The notes under the pieces were generated by a model, which was given only the letters and a program-made list of their open reading frames with translations, was not told the origin of the DNA and ran no database searches. Positions 28,831 through 43,052 of a DNA stretch of 64,000 nt are shown here, in pieces. The stretch comes from Tubulanus polymorphus. Its lineage: Eukaryota; Animalia; Nemertea. The stretch's first letter is position 1. The number at the start of each line of letters is the position of its first letter. The stretch is taken from contig NC_134026.1 of NCBI RefSeq assembly GCF_964204645.1, positions 1,573,950-1,637,949 of the forward strand, in the 5' to 3' direction. Position numbers and translations under genes: made by a program.

Positions 28831-30970
28831 GTCGTCGTAGAACTATTCTTCAAAAATTATACAGTCGATGTAAAGGTTATTCCGTGTGAACGTCTGAAAG
28901 TAGAAAATCACAGGACGTCTTAAAGACGTAGAGAGCATCCGCACAAGTGACTGCGCGTAATCTGCGATATCAAGCCAGTAACTACACGATGAAATATTCC
29001 CGCCCTTAAATATCGTAGAAATGATGAAATTTGACGAAGCGAACGCGAGTTCTCCGATAACAAGCCCTTTCAATAGTATGATGGTAACTTTGACGAGATC
29101 TCAGCAAGGCCCCGCGCGGCGCGCACACTGTCAGTAGTGAGATATGATAATACTGGCATTTCACTGATTACTCCTGTAAAACAATACATGACAAGACGGT
29201 TTAAAAACAACGTGATATTACAGCTTCTCAGCATCATCGAGAAAGGCTGAAAAATCCATAATTTTCATAACTGTTATTTTTCAAAGCATTTCATTTAACA
29301 AGTGCAAAGTGTTCAAATACATTTCTATTGATTGCCTTTCAACGAGTGAGAAATCAATTCTGAAATCATTTCATCTTTCTAGCTAATATCTATTACACCC
29401 CTCATCATTATGCTCAAGTTAAAAGACATTTGATATAAAAAGGTAAAAGCTGAAATAAGTGTATGGAAAAACCACCCATTATAGATGGCTACAGATATTC
29501 ACAATACCTTCTGGACTTTTTTACTGATTGAAATTTAAAATGCTTCTGACGATATATTAAAGGGTCCAATGCGGAAGGGTTCCCCCGGGCAGAAGTTTGA
29601 CATGCTGTATGTAAACTGAGTAACAGTTATTGATTGTAAACCCTGTGAAAACCCTGAAGGCAAAAATCATTACCGGTATTGATTTCTTACGACACCATCG
29701 ATTGTGGAATACTTATAAAACATTGTCTTCACTGATTGTTTCTATCGATATAACACTGTATACATGTTCATCTTTAAACTCTACTGGATTAATTCAATCT
29801 ACAGTCACCTATTCATTATAGGTACACCTGATGAGGGCTATTGGTCTATAGCCAAAACATTGCTCAAATACACTTTTACTCAAGAACTTGACATCTTGGG
29901 TTGAATTATTGTTGGGATTTCTCTCATGTTCACCTATTCATTGATTTCATCATTCAATTTTGGCATCAATTTCAGTTTGGACATGATTACGAACATATGA
30001 TTTCCATGAACTGAATTCACCTGTCCATCAATTTCATCATTCGCCATAAATTTTTGACATCATTACAAACCTTAACATTGGAAAGTTTTACCGGACTCCG
30101 ATGAATATCGTCAATACCTTGAAATGAAATACTGTTTTCCTTGACATTGCCATCAGTTTGACGTCAGTGTTTTCTGGTGTCACGCAGTTTGCACGTTTCA
30201 GACTCTCAGTCTCGGTGCAAAGCAATTTTCCAGGAAATCATTTCCCGGCTATACGTATAAATCATGCTTTGGTCATGGCCAGATAGAGAAACATTTTACG
30301 TTTGATCAAAGTTTTCCGGTTTGGATATTCAATGAATACAATTGTTAATTACGACTCGGGAGCGATCATCCGTAATAAGTAAAAAAAGCAAAAACTTCCT
30401 GAAATCGTAAGCAGTCCATTACAGGCTCAAAAAGTAATAACGAATCCTCTATTTTCAAGGCGATTGGCCGATGTTAAAGGTTGCCAATGTTTTTTTCTTG
30501 GCAGCCATGTGTAAGAGTAGGAGTGAAGCGCGTTGTTGCAGATCAGACATGACTCTGATGAAGTCAATCTTGACGTTCTTGATTCTTTATTCATTTGTGA
30601 GCGAAACTTGGCAACTCGTCATCATTGGCAACAATAAGCTACGTACGTGCTACTCATAGCAATCGAGTACGAAGCCTTGTGTCGCCCGAGTCAGTCGTCA
30701 TTTTGCGCGATTCTTTTCCGACGTCACAAAGCTCGCAGGGAATACAGCTTCTAATTGGCGATAATAGAAACAAACCTCATGAGTTGTGTATTACAGAAAG
30801 CCAGCAGTGGTCATCACAACTAAATACACGGCAAAGAAACAACACGACTAATTTGTTCTAATCACTTCGTAACATTCTGGTCCCGGATTTGATAGTGGCA
30901 ACAATTTTCGAATTTCGAATTAGTTCAGGGGACTCACTGCCTTCCATCAGCTCAAGATTTTAAATATAGA

Positions 30971-31172
30971 TGTTATAAAATGGGGGTTTTACGTTGTTTG
31001 ATAGTCAAAATAAGTCTTATAATTATCTGTAAAAATACCATAGTCAAGTTATACACCTTATGAGAAGAGATGACTGTATTTATTTAGTAATTAACAGCTT
31101 TGGAGATAGATAATTATAAAATATATTATAGATTTTGACTATTAAACTCTGCAAAACCCCTATTTCATAACA
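30971..31172. mobile_element. Foldback MITE, with a shorter related copy at about 53834-53910
   Basis: TGTTATAAAATGGGGGTTTTAC...ATAGTCAAAAT pairs with ATTTTGACTAT...GCAAAACCCCTATTTCATAACA. The same left end (TGTTATGAAATGGGGTATTTTAC...ATAGTCAAAA) recurs at about 53834. Confidence 0.65.
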
Positions 31173-34100
31173 GTCATATACAGTAGACCATGAAATTTGT
31201 CCGCCTTGAGTGATATCAGAGTAAGATGTTATATATAATATTAAGTTAACCCATTATCTCCGATAGGATCCAACTTGAGTCTCCTGTATAATTGCGCATA
31301 CGCACAACGAAGCCATATCAAATTCATAAGATGCTTACATTTGCAATTTACTTGTAACAACAGTCGTAGCATCCTGAACAAGTTTAAGTGACAGCTCCTT
31401 ATCATCAATTTCTTTCTCGTAGACGTATTTCTGATATAATAGAATAGTCATAAGTCTAACTCATCACTCTAAAGGGTTTAGACATTTTCATCAAAATTTC
31501 ACGTCAAACGCAAAACCGCTGTTTTGAAATTACGACTGATTTCGCCGATCTTCGTGTCAGTCAGACAAATATTAGCCCAATATTCCCTTCAAACATTTGC
31601 CATCTCAAGTTGCCTTGGCAACTAGCCAAAATAAAATTTCAAATTCTACTGAAATCTTACTCAGTCTCCGTCGAACTGTAGACGTATTATGGCGTTTAGA
31701 CATTCCTTTCATCGGCGTGACACACAAAGAAAGACAGACATCTTCAACGTGGTGAAGCAGAAAGCTAGCGTTCCCAACGGAGTCATAGTGAATGAAGCTG
31801 AAACCAAATGGCTGATAACTGGAGATGTGGAATCAGTGTGAAAGCATTTCCGTCGAACAAGGAAAAAAACTACATCGCATTTACATAGAAATACATTCAA
31901 TCTGAATACGTTTCCATAAAAATACATTCAATGTGAATACATAGTTTACTGATCCACGGGGTCAGGTCAGACTTGTAGAAGACCCTCAAATGATTTCAGT
32001 TACCCTCTTCTGTATTAACTCTTTACTTTTTAACTGACTTGATGTATGGAAAGTTATAAACTGCATTTCTTTGTTGGGATACTCTTAAGTTTTCTAATTG
32101 GAAAAACTGTAAAATGCATCAAACCCATCATCGAATTTCCAATGGCAAAACCTTAACCGCAGGATCCAAATATGCCTTAATGATAATCAAACCTGCCTTT
32201 AAATGTGTTACAAGCTCTGTAAAAGAATCATTTGATTCACCCCTGATTCGTCATAATTTGACAGCTTGGAAAATAGAGCATGTATTCATGTGCCTATGTA
32301 CAGGTAAGGATAAGTGCACAATAAATCGACTTATATCTGATATCTTTAACCGATTGGCCTCAAGTTCTAAGAAAATGAAAAAGGTTTTAGATTAGTCTTT
32401 AGTCTGAATGTTATGATATTGAAAGTAAAATTATTCGTTCATTACATGTTCAGTTAATTATTCGCATAGGAGGGCGTTCAAATATACAGTCCCAGCAACT
32501 ACCGGGGTATCAAACCAATAACCATCAATGTGACAGCATGTTGCTAGGCAGCAGTGCGGTCAGCTGACCTTTAAACACGTCACTGACGATATCACTGTTG
32601 AAGCGCGATGCGAAAGTGTGGAGAAAATTCGATACGTTCAATAATTGATCACTGGACGAGAGCAAGAGATTCATCATACATAGAATACATGCTTCATTAT
32701 TACTACTACACGCTAAACTAATATCTATAATTATCTGTGTTTCAATCTATTTGATGATTTAACTCTGTTAAGTAACTTTATGATTCCAGGATCTTTTTAA
32801 GAGCAGCGGCTAAAAATTACAAGCAAAACGATTTTGTTCCGCGCTCATCTGATGTAGAAATGAGAATAGAATACTATAGATTTTGGTGTCTACGGAGAAA
32901 GAGGCGCAAAGTTCTCCCAACACTTTCCACAGAACATTTTGGGGAAAATCTAGCAACGCTAGTAAAACTTTTTAGGGGGAAAGCTGAACAATTCACCCTC
33001 AGGATCCATCCCTGGATTGTGGAATGGAACACTATCAATGCCTGGTTTGCAGTATATTCTAGAATCATGGACACAAATTAGTTTTAGAGTCCATGATAGA
33101 ATGTAGAAACTCACTGTGATGTGTGGTTATTATACATGCATCATTAGTAATGTATTGTCAAGTCATTTCTGGAAAGCAATTCAAGTTTCTAATTGGCCAA
33201 ACACAAGATCTAATTCTTGTCGAAGTTGCGAAAATAGATTCCATTCTCGTCGTATTGGGAGAGAAAGAAATCAGTTTAGAAAATTGATTTCGGTTTCATC
33301 GAATGCTCATCTCGCTAATATAACATGAACATCGACGTAGCAAAATTGGAATCGAAAATGTCAACGGAGAAAGATAGGATTTTTCTGCCCGCACGTAGAT
33401 TAACGGCAGCAGAGTCAGGAAATCTTTGATCATCCGATGATTTCTGATCAGTATTCACCTCACATCAAAGAATACGCTTCTCTTGATCAACGCCTGACAG
33501 TAATGATCTGTTTACTACCAGGTTTCAATATGGTCGTAACCTTACAGTTCAGGAGGTATGAATCCTAATCTGACCCTTAAATCCTCCATTTTTCAGATGA
33601 ATAGATTTAGCTTCTCGACAATATGAAAGTGCTTCAGTGATTTCAAAATAAATCCAAGGTACCCTGGCATAGTCTACGTTATATGTTCAGTGTTCTCTGC
33701 AAGAGGTTTTAAAATGGAAGCCACCCCTGTCATTTTACATCCACGCCTTCATCAGAATCTAATGCAGGTTGATATGAATGTTCCATCATTTCAATGTTCT
33801 ACCATTGCTTACACTAGCTTCATACAATAGTGATTTTTAAGCTAAATTTTCACTGTTTCAAAATCTCAGCGTTTGGTGTCCGTAATGTAACACTAACAGA
33901 GGACAAATGCAGCCCTGACCAGCATATGAAGAAGATTGATTTTTGAGATTCTTAGTTTATCCTCATTCCCACATGACAAAAAAAAACCTACGGCATAAAA
34001 TATGCACTTTCTGCGACCCTCTCGCATATCTGGTTATCAACATCGGTGCTGTCATACCTGCCCTATAAACATTACCTAACAATAAATTGATTCATTCATA

Positions 34101-35685
34101 AGTAATACATATATACATTGATTTATTGAGTTGGTCATTATAGAAATGGCCCGCGGAGCAACCCCCTTAACCGACATTACTCGAGTAAATAATGGGTAAG
34201 TCTTAGATAAGAATAACGCGTAATAGAAATCCATCTATTCACTATCAATTACGATGATAGATGTTAGTAAATCAAAGCTATCATTTCATGAGCTCAAGTA
34301 CAAGAAAACCAACTTGAAAGTTTATCGACACCTCGAAAAACAACGCCAAAATTCACAATCGTAATTGTCATTTTGAATAACCAATATTGATGAAGTAGTA
34401 CGCAATGACGTCACTACTATTCTATAAAGAAATGAAACAAGGAATGTACCTTCGAACTTGAGATGCCTTTGTATGTAGTCTTGTATTTTTATACTGATTA
34501 TACTGGTATGAATATCGAGGAAGTGAACGCATCAATTAGCTGCAAAATATCATTCAAACAGAGCATTGATTAGAGATGAATTAAAGAAGAGTGAGAGATA
34601 ATTACTTTTGTCATCGAAATGAAACAGATATCGCATTATCTCGACTGGAGACGATGAAATTTCAGTATCGTGGATTTTTATCGGAGTTTTTCCAGTTCAT
34701 GTTTGATTGTTTCAAACGGCATGAAACTAAAGTCATCGACCAGTCAGGAGGCATTAAAGCAGCATTTACCAGGCATTTTTGGTCTATTCCATCGGATGAA
34801 ACGCATCATTTTATTCAACATTCACGCTCATACAGTAAGAAGCACGCCAGACACACATCACCAATACCGAATATCGATTATAGTTTGCTCGTTAATTAAT
34901 CATACAAAGCAAACCTATAATGATTCTGTCTAATGCTCTTTATCTCGACAGTTCATGCAATTCTACCATCACCTAAACTCCGCACATGCGCCATTATACT
35001 GTACATATCTATAATCACATTTTCTTAATTCATGTCTTCATTATTAACATAACGATGTTTAAGAGCAACGTTGCTAGAGCAACAAAATTACCAAACTAAC
35101 TTTGTCATATCATGTACAATGTTACAGTCCTAAATATCGACTTAGTTCCATTGATCAGAGACATATCCTTCATTTTTGCATCAGGATAAAAGGGCATATG
35201 TTGTGTCTCAGTGACAGCGGAAGGCATGTAACCTTTTACTGGGTGGGGTGGGGTCTCATGCAGATTAGTCAGTTACATGCATTTTAACGTATTTCACAGA
35301 TAGGATTGGTACTTAATGTTTTTCATGCCAGTTTAAAAAGATTTTTGAAATTTTTTTTGAAGATTAATATTTTTTCATTATTGGCGAGTACTGTGGCAAT
35401 ATCTGTTGACACATTTTGAGCAAAGAATGCGGTGGGAAGTTTTATCGAAAGTTGTTGATGCCAAAAAATAGCGATGACCACGGAACGCAAGACGCTGAAC
35501 AACAGAAAATTCATCAACTATGCAATAAGTAGAACGGTTGACATGTCGCTGATGTAGCTAACTTCCTGCGTCGTTCTCTTTTCGTCGGTTAACTTTACTC
35601 GATGATGGACAACTTCCTTTCCGTCGTGGAGGCAAGCGGAGGCAAGCGTGTGAGCTGCGTCGACCCAATCTCCTCACATAGACAA

Positions 35686-36147
35686 AACGAAGATCGCGCC
35701 GGTCGACAAAGATCGGGCCGGTCGACGAAGATCGCGCCGGTAGACGAAGATCGCGCCGGTAGACGAAGATCGCGCGGGTAGACGAAGATCGCACCGGTAG
35801 ACGAAGATCGCGCCGGTAGACGAAGATCGCGCCGGTAGACGAAGATCGCGCCGGTAGACGAAGATCTCGCCGGTAGACGAAGATCGCGCCGGTAGACGAA
35901 GATCACGCCGGTAGACGAAGATCTCGCCGGTAGACGAAGATCGCGCCGGTAGACGAAGATCGCGCCGGTAGACGAAGATCGCGCCGGTAGACGAAGATCG
36001 CGCCGGTAGACGAAGATCGCGCCGGTAGACGAAGATCGCACCGGTAGACGAAGATCGCCCCGGTAGACGAAGATCGCGCCGGTAGACGAAGATCGCGCCG
36101 GTAGACGAAGATCGCGCCGGTAGACGAAGATCACGCCGGTAGACGAA
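35686..36147. repeat. 19-bp CpG-rich minisatellite, about 24 copies
   Basis: Unit GTAGACGAAGATCGCGCCG, highly homogeneous and degenerating toward 35686. Confidence 0.95.
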
Positions 36148-39100
36148 TACCTCGATGATAATCAGTTAAATTCAATCATCCTCTTCGCATTAAACCATGA
36201 ATATCATAACTCCCTCTAACCATACACATACTGTCTACGTTATAAAACTAAGTTATTTTCTCGGCTTATTAGATTAAAAATGTCTATGGTTTGAGGGAGT
36301 TCTAATCGATTTCAGCGTTTTAGCTTTTTTTCTTACAGTTTTCCAGATTAAACTAGATTTCTGGAGACACGCTTCGAATATAGCAACGATTGAGATGTAG
36401 TTGAAGTATTCTGTAAAGCGATGTAAATCTTAAGGTGATAGATGAGCACCAATCAGTATCATAACCGTACCCTAGAGACACCTAATTAATCAACAATATG
36501 TAGCTATGAGGCACTTGCATTAATTCTCTGGAGCTGCTTCCTGTCTTGGCACAAATATACAGCCTTCAACATTCCAATTAATGACCACCTTCTGTGATAT
36601 AGGAGAATCCTTTAAGGGATACCATCAAAAGGAAGTGAATCTTTGTGCAAAGGGAGGAAATAGCGAGGCCTCGACAACAGACCTTTAATGTCCCTCATTA
36701 ACAAAAAGTATTTCGTTTCAAAGCTTTTACTTGAAATATAGTATTAAGTCCTTTTTGCCATTTGAATAATACCTCCGCGTGATGAATAAAAGGAAAGTAA
36801 TAGCAAATTATATAAAAATCCTATTTATCACTTTCTGGCAGCGAAACATTCAATCCTCAGCATCTTCTTCAGATCAGAAGATGTTTTCATTGTGCAGTAT
36901 TTACCAGGAGTCAACACGCCAAGCCTCGTGACTCAGTCTCTTTCTTTCCATCACTCCATGTGGTGTGTAAGTCAACAAATAATAGGGAAGTCTCAAATGA
37001 AACAGTATTGCATCGAAGCAGCCAACTGCAACATTCAAGGTTGTTGTTGCTAGTGTTGGTGAAAATCTGCATTGCGCGTGAATGAATAAACTGAGATATT
37101 GAAAAAGCGGTGATAAATCCCCTGAAACGATGGTAATACCTCATAAAATGCTACCTAACTTTGATGACTCCGGGCCCCGAGATCATGTGTCGCCCCAGGG
37201 TTTTCCAGAGTTCTTATGCCCAACAGTTGAGATGATGATTTTGAACCATTTGCGAAGGATAAGCATTATACTTGTTGATGGTCCCTAGATGGAGTCCAAA
37301 GTGTTGGGTCTTTTGATCTTAATTTTTGAAAAACAAATTGTTTAAATCCTTTTATAGTGGGTTTTTATCTCATAATCTATCCTCCACGTCTTTTTACAAA
37401 TGAAAGTCGTACAGATCGAATTTCTAACGGAAGAAGAGTCAGACGTTGATCGCTGTTTTAATCCCAATCGAGAACCGTGCAACTAAAGCTGTTTTTGCTA
37501 TCGGGTAAATTTATGATTAATCTACTTTAATCGATGAAATCCAAAAAGATTATTAATTGACAATGTGTTCGTATGAAACGATGCTTCTGGCTGTCGGTAC
37601 CGTAACATAGCGATGACTGAATTTCGATATACCGGCTTCTATTCGACAATCTCATCAAATATTTTACAAAATCTCGGTGATGTTACTTCGTCTTGTTATC
37701 ATCACCGCGGAGATGTTTCATAAAAAAGAACATTTTGTCATTAAAACCACATCAAAGGAGCACGGATCAGTATCTTGTTTTCGAAAAGAACGGCTTAATG
37801 GATTTTAAAGTCACTATCAATAAGACGATCTAGAATGCATTCTTTTTCAACTGTATGAACTTTGCAGCTGATAACACAGTTATAATTGATAAGCCCGCGG
37901 ACAGAATCTTCCTTCTCACCGATGAACGTTCTCTCAGGAAATCAGTCAATATCATCCAGGTACTTTTCCCATACATTTCAATGGAACTTAAAATTTCTAG
38001 AAATTGGGTGAGAATTGCTTTAACCTGAATCACACTCGCACTGATGAAGTGTTAAAGTGATATGAATTATCAGCTCATTTATTCAGCTATACATTATTTG
38101 ATGAGGGTAACAACCTTGATAATTAGCCTCTTCTTTTATTCGTCAAACTTCAGAAGCTTCATTCATGAGATTCTTCCCATTAAGACTAAGGAGAGAGGTC
38201 CAGGACTCTGAGAACTAGATTGAAAATTACCAACAAGATCCGTTCTGAAGATTGAAACCATTTTTACTGTGCAGAAATCTTAAACGATTCAATAGTCCAT
38301 CGATCAAGCTCATGCAGCTATCGTCCCAACATCCGATGACGTCAATACTATCGCCTGCGCTCACGGATTCAAGCAACTAAATCATACCAAGTTGATGAAT
38401 TAAATGAAATGTTTTATGGCTTTTAGGCAGAGGAAGTGAAGTACAGCCGATAGCGCAAATTATAGTCGAATGGAAATTAATGCAATTGAGTATAATACGA
38501 CAAACTCAGAGACGATGACGACATAGAAAGAGTTGGGTATTTCACTTCACACACCAAACATCTCAGACTGAATAATGCTTTCACATCACTATATAACTGA
38601 ATATAATCATAGACGTACATAAAGTATATACCATGATTTTTGTTATAGCATAGATGAATTGATGCTACACCAGCATATACTCATATGTAATAAATTGATT
38701 CATCATTTATAGCATGAATTTATATCTGAATAAGAGATGCATTAATTGGATAAACTATTCTTCCTACAAATTTATATTTAAAAAAAATCAACAGGCCCAG
38801 TGAGTGGACATGTTGATAAATAATGTGCTATATCAAATCATTCAGATTAGAGAAAATGGACCGAAGTGATGACAATGAAAACCCAGATAGATATTTAGGA
38901 TACATCAGACAAATCAATTCTGACGTAAGGGTATCATAAAAAACCAGGTCCAAATTCATTCCTAGTACATGATGTTAAAGGCCCATTTTGCAGCATCAGA
39001 AAATGCATTGATCAGTGCTGCACTTTGTTGGGTTGAGAACAGACTTTGATGTTACATTACGAAAGTTACCGGTTATGCAGAATTTCAAAACTTACCGCTA

Positions 39101-40404
39101 CAAGATACTGAACAAGTACGTTTCTGCAATCAGTCTCCCATACACAAGCCCCAATGACAAAACGAATCTGATTCAAGCATTCATTTGTATAGATCAATAC
39201 AAGTTCTCAACCGCTGGCAACATCGCTAGTTTACATTCTAAACCTAACAGCATTTTATTGATCTGGTTCAGCCACAGCAGCAGCAGCACTGTCATAGTCA
39301 GGACCTATAAAAGCTTGCTCCTCTGTGTCATTGAGTTATGTAAATATTTAGTCTTCTCTATAATGGTTCACACTAAGATTGTCGAGTAGACTTATCAATA
39401 AGGATCCTATTTACTTTTCGTACAGAGATGCAATAACGAAGTTTACATAGACCTTCTATATTCTCGTATAGCTCATATATAGAACAGTCCAGATACAAAC
39501 ATAGATAGATAATTCATAAAATCGATTTCAAATTTTGAAAACCGATTCGAAAACAGAATCATAGAGCGAAAAGAGATTAGTAAGTAAGAAGGAACCATTG
39601 GCAATAATTCTCAAACGGTAGTAGATTTAAGTGACACGACGGAGAAGTCAACCTGAACAAACACATTTAGACACACAGCATCCCCTAGGCATCAATTAAA
39701 GCGAAGCATAACGGTGGCCATCATCCGATGTTGACAATAATAATGACACTTTGCCTGAGAAAAACAGCTGCTTCCACAAACATCAAATCTCATAAAACAC
39801 ATCCGCAGGAGCAAAACAAAAAGTCGCTTCTTGTTTGGACAAGAGGATTCAATGGAAAGGGGATATAGAAACCTGCTGTTCAAATGTTACACGCAAAATC
39901 AAATCTTCGCACCTTGAATTCAGATTATGTTTTCTTCACAGATAATTAGATTTCACCGAGAGATGAATTTGCCCTGACAGACTGCCACCAGCAGCAGGAA
40001 TCTAACACGGATTTTTGAATCAATATTCAGTTGACACTAATTGTTTACACCACAGGGGTCCCATTTTATTAGAAGAGCTCGTCAAATTTTCCGATGGTCC
40101 CAAATTCGAAAAGTGTCGGACATAAACACATCCAGAATCGAACGTCACATTTTCGAGAAAGTAATTTTTCATTATAATAGAAAATAACATAAACGTGACA
40201 TATTTGCGTGCGTAATTGTGAGAATTGTCGAGATGGAATCCTGTGATTTACGACTGATTGAATTGAAAATGTTACAACGAACAGAAACGTAATCACATAA
40301 ATCTAGTTATAACTGCATTCTTTACATTCTCTCCAAAACCTCATTTACATCAACTGTTCAATTTTCTGTTACATTCATTTATTGTTACACAATCATAACA
40401 TATA

Positions 40405-40435
<31 letters not shown>

Positions 40436-42916
40436 CTATAAATATATTTCAAATCGTGCTTCGCCTTCCAATTGAGGTTGCCCTTTTCATCACTTATCTT
40501 CTTGGAATTTAAATCTTTTAAGTTGTATTTCTTCAAAGATATCTAAACGCTGTGTGTGACCCCGTAATTTTTCTTTCATTCTGGACCCTGACCTCCAATT
40601 TTCATGGATGCGCCCCTAATCTAAAATTTATGTATTACGTGAAATGTTTCACGTTGTCATATTTTAAATGCAACCCTTAAATAAAGCCGCGCCCAAATAA
40701 ACGCACAGATATACAATCATCACTTCTAACAATGTAAATCCTTTGTCCTTGGTACACAATCCTTGCAGTGATTGGCAACAGACAATTATTAAGCAAGGTA
40801 TTTATGAAAGAAGCTATCTATGACATAGTGCCTGGATCTCACTGAATAACAGTCGTCTAATTTCCATAACATTTACAGGGAAGCAATTTATTACCAGGGC
40901 GAGATAGTCCAAGTTCTACATGTAATCTGAACTTGCCGGTTACTGCGAACAAAACAAATTGATGTATAAAGATGAGAGAAGTCCTTTTTTTATTATCAAG
41001 TAGAACATATGTGTGATGAAAAGTATCATATCACTAAAAGCTCAATATTAATTAGATACAAGATATCAACTCATTATACCAATATCAGGCAGACCGAAAA
41101 AGATGTTGTCTCGTTCCAGGAACATCAAACTAATGGAAGGACTTGAGACTAAAAAAGTTCCGTTTTAATAAGGCACTCAAATCATCAATACATCAGATCT
41201 AAAACTAACGGATTTGCGATTGAAAAAGTTCAGTTTTGATGATGAGGAGTTCCCATCTGTCGATACAACAGCTCCATATTAATTTTTCCTAGTTTATAAC
41301 TTTATAGCTAAAAAGCAGATCTACGAAACATGACCCGATATTACAATTCACGCTCTCTTTAAACATATAATATGGGCCGACAGAAATAATGAAACAAATG
41401 AAGCTTAACAATGCAAAACCTAAAATGTACTGACCTCAACACTGAACAGAAATCCAACTGAAGAAAAACTGGTTTATAGCATACACACAGTAGTGAGCTG
41501 CTGAATGTTATAAGCAGAATGGATCGAAGTGACTCTTCCACCCTTAATCGTCCCAGCAGAACATGAATAATTAATCAGACACACAGACCAGCGAATACAT
41601 ACCACTCAATACATCGGTGATTGCACCTAAATGATTAAGGTACATGTATGATCCCTACCCGATTATTAATACATGTACACACAGCACACACACATACACA
41701 TAGAATACAAGATGAAATTAATTGCAACGAAAAGCGATGAAATGAATTAATAATTCATAACAGTCTGAAACTCAAGGGATATTGATGATAATACTACGGA
41801 AAATGAATCAATACTAGGCCTACAGGCCTATACGAGTGATCTTACGACCTCTTAAGAGTCATTTCGAATTCAAGAAGCAAAAAGTAAAGAAAAATTGATC
41901 GATTTCAATCATAATTTTGCAGAGGAATGAATAATGTAATCGTGGTATTTGCATATCATAATTATTTGCACCATGAAATCAACATTCTTCTGAAGTCTCA
42001 GGATTGATAGCTATTCACAATCATCTATCCACAATCATCTATCCATCTATTCAACCTTGTTAGCAGGAAACATTGAAAACACAGCTGAATATGAACATAG
42101 ATTTACTGATTCGCATTGAAACATCAGCATCGCATACTCCATCTATCACTATTAATATGATTAATATAAGGATGTAAACCTTAGAAACTACTGTTGCTGA
42201 TATCATATCTTTGGTGCCTGAATATACCTCAACAAGGGGTTGGCCTAGTCTATGAATATGCATGTAATAAATGCTACTTCAACTTAGGTATACTAGGCCG
42301 CAAAAAAGTTAAAAATGTTGTAGACTAGGCCCCTAATTAATAACAAATAAATAAGCGATATGCAAACAAAAGGCCTTAATAATGAAGAAGTGACAAAATA
42401 AATGAGTAACATCAAAATACAAAAAGAGTGACAGCAAATAGAGCAAATATGGGGGTCAGAATGGAGGAAAGAAGATAACTTAGACCGAGCCAATGTATAT
42501 CAATAAAATATTTAATTGAATTGAATAAATGTCAATGCAAAATATGCACATAATGATTATCAAAAAAAGGTTTTACCAAATTCACGAAATACTACAACAA
42601 GGACTCCGTCACACCTTGATCTATATCTCAATATTTTGCTCCCTATGAACTGCTTATCGACAGAAAATTAATTATTTAGTTTCTTTTTGACAGATTTTCG
42701 ATTTCATTTCCGGGTCCACGTAACCTTCAGCTTGAAGAACGCGCGAAACTGAATTTATTAAATTCAATATTGTTTATTCAATATAACTTCAGCCCGTTCA
42801 AATATTACGAAATCATATAAAATAATCTGAACGATACTTTATTGTAACTAGTTATTCATTCAGATTCATGAGTAATATTCATATCTAATAAAATTTGATT
42901 GAGTCTAATCACGCAC

Positions 42917-43052
42917 TGCGCATGCGCCGCAGAACAGGAAACGGTCATCGAGAAAATCAAAATTTCAATGAATTTTTTTAGAAGCGACGATGAATTTTTC
43001 TCTTTTTAACTCACGACTGGGCTTGTAACAAGTCAGATTACAGATTCTGACT
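42917..43052 (+). promoter_or_regulatory. Putative TACC promoter and non-coding first exon, with an NRF1-type motif
   Basis: TGCGCATGCGC at 42917-42927, followed by a consensus donor CT|GTAAGT at about 43052. The first coding exon has an acceptor (TTTCTATAG, about 44698) upstream of its ATG. Confidence 0.5.

Noticed and set aside
35558-36134. 179-aa and 78-aa repetitive ORFs; CRISPR-like look of the array
   Set aside because: Products of a 19-bp tandem repeat with no unique spacers and no cas genes, in a eukaryotic context.
39015-41600. Fragments faintly resembling LINE reverse-transcriptase C-terminal motifs
   Set aside because: Too degenerate (stops and frameshifts) to assign by eye; needs a translated repeat search.
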